Shown piece after piece: positions 56,805 through 64,000 of a stretch of DNA of 64,000 nt. The stretch's first letter is position 1; every line of letters begins with the position of its first letter. The stretch is from Eledone cirrhosa (taxonomy: Eukaryota). Below the pieces are notes generated by a model, which worked only from the letters and a program-made list of their open reading frames with translations, was not told where the DNA came from and did no database searches. The stretch spans positions 11,532,001 through 11,596,000 of the forward strand of contig OZ024764.1 of assembly GCA_964016885.1 (NCBI GenBank). Direction: 5' to 3'. Made by a program: the position numbers and the translations under genes.

Positions 56805-58768
56805 CATTTACATTACTCTATATATACTATTGTATTTTCACAGTAAAGGCTTTACCTCACATAATATCTCACATAACATTTACATTACTCTATATATACT
56901 ATTGTATTTTCACAGTAAAGGATTTACCTCACATAATATCTCACATAACATTTACATTACGCTATATATACTATTGTATTTTCACAGTAAAGGCTTTACC
57001 TCACATAATATCTCACATAACATTTACATTACTCTATATATACTATTGTATTGTCACAGTAAAGGCTTTACCTCACATAATATCTCACATAACATTTACA
57101 TTACTCTATATATACTATTGTATTTTCACAGTAAAGGCTTTACCTCACATAATATCTCACATAACATTTACATTACTCTATATATACTATTGTATTTTCA
57201 CAGTAAAGGCTTTACCTCACATAATATCTCACATAACATTTACATTACTCTATATATACTATTGTATTTTCACAGTAAAGGATTTACCTCACATAATATC
57301 TCACATAACATTTACATTACTCTATATATACTATTGTATTTTCACAGTAAAGGCTTTACCTCACATAATATCTCACATAACATTTACATTACTCTATATA
57401 TACTATGTATTTTCACAGTAAAGGCTTTACCTCACATAATATCTCACATAACATTTACATTACTCTATATATACTATTGTATTTTCACAGTAAAGGCTTT
57501 ACCTCACATAATATCTCGCGTAACATTTACATTACTCTATATATACTATTGTATTTTCACAGTAAAGGCTTTACCTCCCATAATATCTCGCATAACATTT
57601 ACATTACTCTATATATACTATTATATTTTCATGGTAACGGCTTTACCTCACATAATATCTCACATAACATTTACATTACTCTATATATACTATTGTATTT
57701 TCACAGTAAAGGCTTTACCTCACATAATGTCTCACATAACATTTACATTACTCTATATATACTATTGTATTTCACAGTAAAGGCTTTACCTCACATAATA
57801 TCTCACATAACATTTACATTACTCTATATATACTATTGTATTTTCACAGTAACGGCTTTACCTCACATAATATCTCGCGTAACATTTACATTACTCTATA
57901 TATACTATTGTATTTTCACAGTAAAGGCTTTACCTTACATAATATCTCACATAACATTTACATTACTCTATATATACTATTGTATTTTCACAGTAAAGGC
58001 TTTACCTCCCATAATATCTCGCATAACATTTACATTACTCTATATATACTATTGTATTTTCACAGTAACGGCTTTACCTCACATAATATCTCACATAACA
58101 TTTACATTACTCTATATATACTATTGTATTTTCACAGTAAAGGCTTTACCTCCCATAATATCTCGCATAACATTTACATTACTCTATATATACTATTGTA
58201 TTTTCACAGTAAAGGCTTTACCTCACATAATATCTCGCGTAACATTTACATTACTCTATATATACTATTGTATTTTCACAGTAAAGGCTTTACCTCCCAT
58301 AATATCTCGCATAACATTTACATTACTCTATATATACTATTGTATTTTCACAGTAACGGCTTTACCTCACATAATATCTCGCGTAACATTTACATTACTC
58401 TATATATACTATTGTATTTTCACAGTAAAGGCTTTACCTTACATAATATCTCACATAACATTTACATTACTCTATATATACTATTGTATTTTCACAGTAA
58501 AGGCTTTACCTCCCATAATATCTCGCATAACATTTACATTACTCTATATATACTATTGTATTTTCACAGTAACGGCTTTACCTCACATAATATCTCACAT
58601 AACATTTACATTACTCTATATATACTATTGTATTTTCACAGTAAAGGCTTTACCTCCCATAATATCTCGCATAACATTTACATTACTCTATATATACTAT
58701 TGTATTTTCACAGTAAAGGCTTTACCTCACATAATATCTCACATAATATCAAATCTACAAGATTTTGA
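56805..58768 (+). repeat. 72-bp satellite array (~27 copies), inverted relative to 48490-50190
   Basis: Same unit; same outer junction aatatcaaatcta..agattttg. Confidence 0.95.
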
Positions 58769-58824
58769 CGAAGGTGATGCACTGGAAAAGCAGGTATCCA
58801 ACTCTCTTCCAAAGGTGTTGAGTA

Positions 58825-59160
58825 CGGTGGTAGCCCTACGGCCAAGGACACCAGAAGTTTCCATTGCTACAGGTAGCCAACTCTGTAGGGAGGTGGTCCT
58901 AGGGCCAAGGACACCAGAAGTCTCCCTTGCTACAGGTAGCTAATTCTGTGCTGATGGTGGTAAGTAAGGTGGTAGCCCTAGGGCCAAGGACACCAGAAGT
59001 CTCCCTTGCTACAGGTAGCCAACTCTGTGCTGATGGTGGTGAGTAGGGAGGTGGTCCTAGGTCCTAGGGCCAAGAAAAGCAGAAGTCTGTGCTGATTGAT
59101 GGTGGTGAGTAGGGAGGTAGTCCTAAGGCCAAGAAAACCAGAAGTCTCCACTGCCACGGG
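58825..59160. repeat. Degenerate ~60-85-bp tandem repeat, ~5 copies
   Basis: ggccaagga/aaaccagaagtctcc..tgctacaggtagc recurs. Confidence 0.75.
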
Positions 59161-59591
59161 CACAACTGCAAACCTGTCGGAGAACGACCGCTTGTGATTG
59201 CTAAGTAAAGGTTGTAACCATCCTTCCAAGTAGTTTTACCCCTGCCCACTCTGCTGCCACACTTGTTTTACCATTCCTAGCTTGGTTAATCTGTCTTTAA
59301 CATCAATATTGGTGCTATGGCTAAAAATGTCTGAAATCTGAGCTACAGAATCGGTCAAATTCTCTGACAAGACACTGAAAAACTAAGCCAGTTGTAAAAA
59401 TAGGTATGTCTCAACTTTAAGCTAATACTGTTGCTGTTGTCGTTGTGGTGGTGGTGGTGGTGGTGGTGGTAGTGGTTTGGTGTGGTGGTGGTGACGGCGT
59501 GGTGCAGTGGTGGTGGTGACGGCGTGGTGCAGTGGTGGTGGTGTGGTGGTGGTGACGGTGATGGTGTGGTGCAGTGGTAGTGGTGGTGTTG

Positions 59592-59636
<45 letters not shown>

Positions 59637-59718
59637 TACATATACATAATATATATATACATAATATGCAAGCAAGGAAAAGCGGACGTAAAATGATGAT
59701 GATATATATATATATATA

Positions 59719-60162
59719 TCATCATCATCATCATCATCATCAACGTTTAACGTCCGTGTTCCACGCTTGCATGGGTTTGGACGGGGGTAGTCCCACTTGA
59801 GGCAAGAGTGATTGTCTTGCTCGCATAGGACTGTCTGGCAGGTTTTCTACAGTTGGATGCCCTTCCTAACACCAACCACATTTACAGTGTGGGTCTGGGA
59901 GGTTTTTACCGTGTTACCTACACGGCCACATTACAGCGTGGACTGTGTGTTTTTTTGTCATGACACCTACACGATCTCGTTTGTTTCGGCCTGGATGGCG
60001 CGGCACCAACATAACTTTACATGGAACGGGGTGGTGTGGATGGGGTGGGGGTGGTGGCGGGACGGGGTGTAGTTTGTTAGAGATGCCTACTGGCAAGGCG
60101 GGTCTTCTCTGTTACTGAGTACCGCCAAAGGTCACGGTCCAGTGACATTGTCTTGGAGAGGT
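59719..60162 (-). mobile_element. RTE-tailed SINE-like element, unexpanded (two 49-bp units)
   Basis: Matches 1804-2060. Confidence 0.85.
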
Positions 60163-60294
60163 GTAAGTATATATATATATATATACATACACACACACAC
60201 ATATATATATACATATATAGTTGTAAGGTTTATTATATATATATATATATACACACAATGGTAAAACAAAAAGTAATGTATAATATTAATAATA

Positions 60295-60465
60295 ATTGTT
60301 TCTACTTTTGGCACAAGGCCAGCAATAAACCAGTGTATTACTGGTACTTTATTTTATCAACCTCGTAAGGATGAAAGACAAAGTTAACCTCGGTGGGATT
60401 TAAACTCAGAATGTAAAGGGCCATAACTCTATGCTGCAGTGCATGGCGTCTGACGCTCTACCGAT
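60295..60465 (-). mobile_element. SINE family B
   Basis: Family motifs. Confidence 0.85.
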
Positions 60466-60499
60466 AATAATAATGATTCCACATCTGATTCTGACCTAG

Positions 60500-62347
60500 A
60501 GACAGTAGGCCCCTCCAAACCTAATATACACCCCCAACCCACTACCCCTATTCCATCCTCCCACTCCCGCCAACACCACCCTATAAAGTTATGTTGGTAC
60601 CACAACATCCAGTCCAAACTAATGAGGTCGTGTAGGTGTTACGACAAAATAACACACAGTCCACACTGTAATGTGGCCCTGTAGGTAACACAGTAAAAAG
60701 GCTTCCAGTCTACACTGTAAGGTGGTAGTGTAGGAGACACAGTAAAAAGGCTCCCAGTCCACGCTGTAAAGTGGTCATGTAGGAGACACAGTAAAAAGGC
60801 TCCCAGTCCACGCTGTAAAGTGGTCATGTAGGAGACACAGTAAAAAGGCTCCCAGTCCACACTGTAAGGTGGTCATGTAGGAGACACAGTAAAAAGGCTC
60901 CCAGTCCACGCTGTAAAGTGGTCATGTAGGAGACACAGTAAAAAGGCTCCCAGTCCACACTGTAAAGGGGTCATGTAGGAGACACAGTAAAAAGGCTCCC
61001 AGTCCACACTGTAAGGTGGTCATGTAGGAGACACAGTAAAAAGGCTCCCAGTCCACGCTGTAAAGTGGCCATGTAGGAGACACAGTAAAAAGGCTCCCAG
61101 TCCACACTGTAAAGTGGTCATGTAGGAGACACAGTAAAAAGGCTCCCAGTCCACACTGTAAAGTGGTCATGTAGGAGACATGGTAAAAAGGCTCCCAGTC
61201 CACGCTGTAAGGTGGATGTGTAGGAGACACAGTAAAAAGGCTCCCAGTCCACACTGTAAAGTGGTCTTGTAGGAGACACAGTAAAAAGGCTCCCAGTCCA
61301 CACTGTTAAGGGGTCATGTAGGAGACACGGTAAAAAGGCTCCCAGTCCACACTGTAAAGTGGTCATGTAGGAGACACGGTAAAAAGGCTCCCAGTCCACG
61401 CTGTATAGTGGTCATGTAGGAGACACGGTAAAAACCTCCCAGTCCACACTGTATAGTGGTCATGTAGGAGACACAGTAAAAAGGCTCCCAGTCCACACTG
61501 TAAAAGGGTCGTGTAGGAGACACAGTAAAAAGGCTCCCAGTCCACGCTGTAAAGTGGTCATGTAGGAGACACGGTAAAAAGGCTCCCAGTCCACGCTGTA
61601 TAGTGGTCATGTAGGAGACACGGTAAAAACCTCCCAGTCCACACTGTATAGTGGTCATGTAGGAGACACAGTAAAAAGGCTCCCAGTCCACACTGTAAAG
61701 GGGTCGTGTAGGAGACACAGTAAAAAGGCTCCCAGTCCACACTGTAAAGGGGTCGTGTAGGAGACACAGTAAAAAGGCTCCCAGTCCACGCTGTAAAGTG
61801 GTCATGTAGGAGACACGGTAAAAAGGCTCCCAGTCCACGCTGTAAAGTGGTCATGTAGGAGACACGGTAAAAAGGCTCCCAGTCCACGCTGTATAGTGGT
61901 CATGTAGGAGACACGGTAAAAAGGCTCCCAGTCCACGCTGTAAAGTGGTCATGTAGGAGACACGGTAAAAAGGCTCCCAGTCCACACTGTAAAGTGGTCA
62001 TGTAGGAGACACGGTAAAAACCTCCCAGTCCACGCTGTAAGGTGGATGTGTAGGAGACACAGTAAAAAGGCTCCCAGTCCACACTGTAAAGTGGTCATGT
62101 AGGAGACACGGTAAAAAGGCTCCCAGTCCACACTGTAAAGTGGTCATGTAGGTGACACAGTAAAAACCTCCCAGTCCACACTGTAAATGTGGTTGGTGTT
62201 AGGAAGGGCATCCAGCCGTAGAAAACCTGCCCGACAGTCCTATACAAGTGAGACATGGTAACCCGATCAATCTTGCCTCAAGTGGGACAATTACCGCCTA
62301 ACCCATGGTAGTGTGGAAGATAGGCGTTAAACAATGATGATGATGAT
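60500..62347 (+). mobile_element. RTE-tailed SINE-like element with ~31 internal 49-bp units
   Basis: 5' part is homologous (inverted) to 59900-60095; array 60655-62190; 3' end ggaagggcatccagccgtagaaa...cgttaaacaatgatgatg. Confidence 0.85.
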
Positions 62348-62738
62348 CTGAAGTATTTCCAGCAGAAGAAATGTCTTTTGTGTAATAAAACAACAATGTA
62401 TTTTCATTTTTTTTTTACTACTTTGGTGTGATCTTTTGATCACATGGATTTAGGAGTTAATCTACTATTGTTGTGGTTGTTGTTGTTGTTGTGGTTGTTG
62501 TTGTTGTGGTTGTTGTTGTGGTGGTGGTGGTTGTTGTTGTGGTGGCTGTTTTTGTTATTAAAACTGGGAAGGTCAAATAATTTATATATATATATATGTA
62601 TGTATGTGTATATATATATATATGTATGTATATATATATGTATGTATGTATGTATATATATATGTATGTATGTATATATATATATATGTATGTATATATA
62701 TATATATGTATGTATATATGTATATATATATATGTATG

Positions 62739-62771
<33 letters not shown>

Positions 62772-62873
62772 ATAGCTGTATGTATATATATGTATGTATA
62801 TATATATATATATGTATGTATATATATGTATATATATATATATATATATAGATAGATAGAGAGAGAATGACGA

Positions 62874-62929
<56 letters not shown>

Positions 62930-63180
62930 GAGATGGAGAGAGAGGGAGAATGACAAGATGGAGAGAGAGAGAGAGAGAGAGAGAGCATTAAATAAAGCTA
63001 CTTGTAAGAGAACATTTTCATTGTAAGGAAATGTCATTGTAAATAATGTTAGCTTCTGTATTGTTGTTGCTGTTGTTTGATGGAGTGTTTGTTGTAACAT
63101 TTGCTTCAATAATGTCCTTGAATGTGGTGCTCCAGTTTGGCCGCAGTCTAAAGACTGAAAGCAGTAGAAGAATGAAAGAA

Positions 63181-63211
<31 letters not shown>

Positions 63212-63221
63212 CATCATTATT

Positions 63222-63612
63222 GAGGGTCGGACGATTGGCAGTATCGGTGGAGGGCGGTGGATTGGCAGTATCGGTAGAGGGTCGGACGCCATGCTTTCCA
63301 GCATAGTTACGTCCCTTTACGATCTGAGTTCAAATCCCGCCGAGGTTGACTTTGCCTTTCGTCCTTACAGGGGTCGATAAAATAAAGTACCAGTAATGCA
63401 CTGGGTAATTGCTGACCTTGTGCCTAAAGTAGAAACAATTATTGAGGGTCGGACGCCATGCTTTGACCCATAGTGTTACGGCCCTTGCCATTCTGAGTTC
63501 GAATCCCGCCGAGGTTGACTTTGCCTTTCATCCTTAAGGGGTCGATAAAAATAAAGTACCAGTAATACACTGGGGTAATTGCTGGCCTTGTGCCTAAAGT
63601 AGAAACAATTAT
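63222..63612 (+). mobile_element. Two tandem SINE family B copies
   Basis: 63252-63440 is full length; 63444-63612 is 5'-truncated. Confidence 0.9.
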
Positions 63613-63723
63613 TATTGTTGTCATTTTATGTCCACTTACCATGGTGGAGGAGTTTGGACTCCATATATACATGTATGTATATATATATATATATACATGT
63701 ATGTATATATATATATACATGTA

Positions 63724-63758
<35 letters not shown>

Positions 63759-63946
63759 GAACGAGTAGGACCCCGAGGGCTGAGCTCAAGCCGTTTCGAC
63801 GGCTAATTCTGTCCAGAATTAGCCGTCGAAACGGCTTGAGCTCAGCCATCGGGGTCCTACTCGTTCCTATTACCCACTCTACTACCCTAAGTATTGAGTA
63901 CTTTGGTGCGTTATGGTCCACCTGGTTCCTTACCACATTTCCTTTG
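63759..63946 (+). mobile_element. Fold-back element: near-perfect 108-bp hairpin plus tail
   Basis: 63759-63866 is a palindrome centred on ttctg-tc-cagaa; tail has actc-tactaccctaagtatt-gagtac. Confidence 0.8.
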
Positions 63947-63959
63947 TTTTATATATATA

Positions 63960-64000
<41 letters not shown>

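Overview
Eukaryotic, AT-rich, repeat-saturated DNA with one 200-N assembly gap. The SINE families and microsatellite load resemble an octopus or other cephalopod genome, but this is inferred from memory. Almost all ORFs in the track are microsatellite artefacts, and no intact host gene is visible; there are only a few candidate exons. Recognisable elements are a 5'-truncated, frameshifted CR1-group LINE (11.5-13.7 kb), RTE-clade LINE 3' fragments, two tRNA-headed SINE families, a minisatellite-bearing element with an RTE-type tail, an internally deleted mariner with ~96-bp inverted ends, MITEs, and many minisatellites that grew out of transposon sub-segments. The main hidden signal is a set of type-I hammerhead ribozyme motifs (stem I-CUGANGA-stem II-GAAA-stem III-UH-stem I) from at least six dissimilar sequence families. 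Many lie in both arms of 100-400 bp fold-back palindromes, followed by an unpaired tail. Several tails share an ACTC-Nx-GAGTRC hairpin. This is the architecture of Penelope-like retroelement pLTRs, and two probable Penelope ORF remnants are also present.
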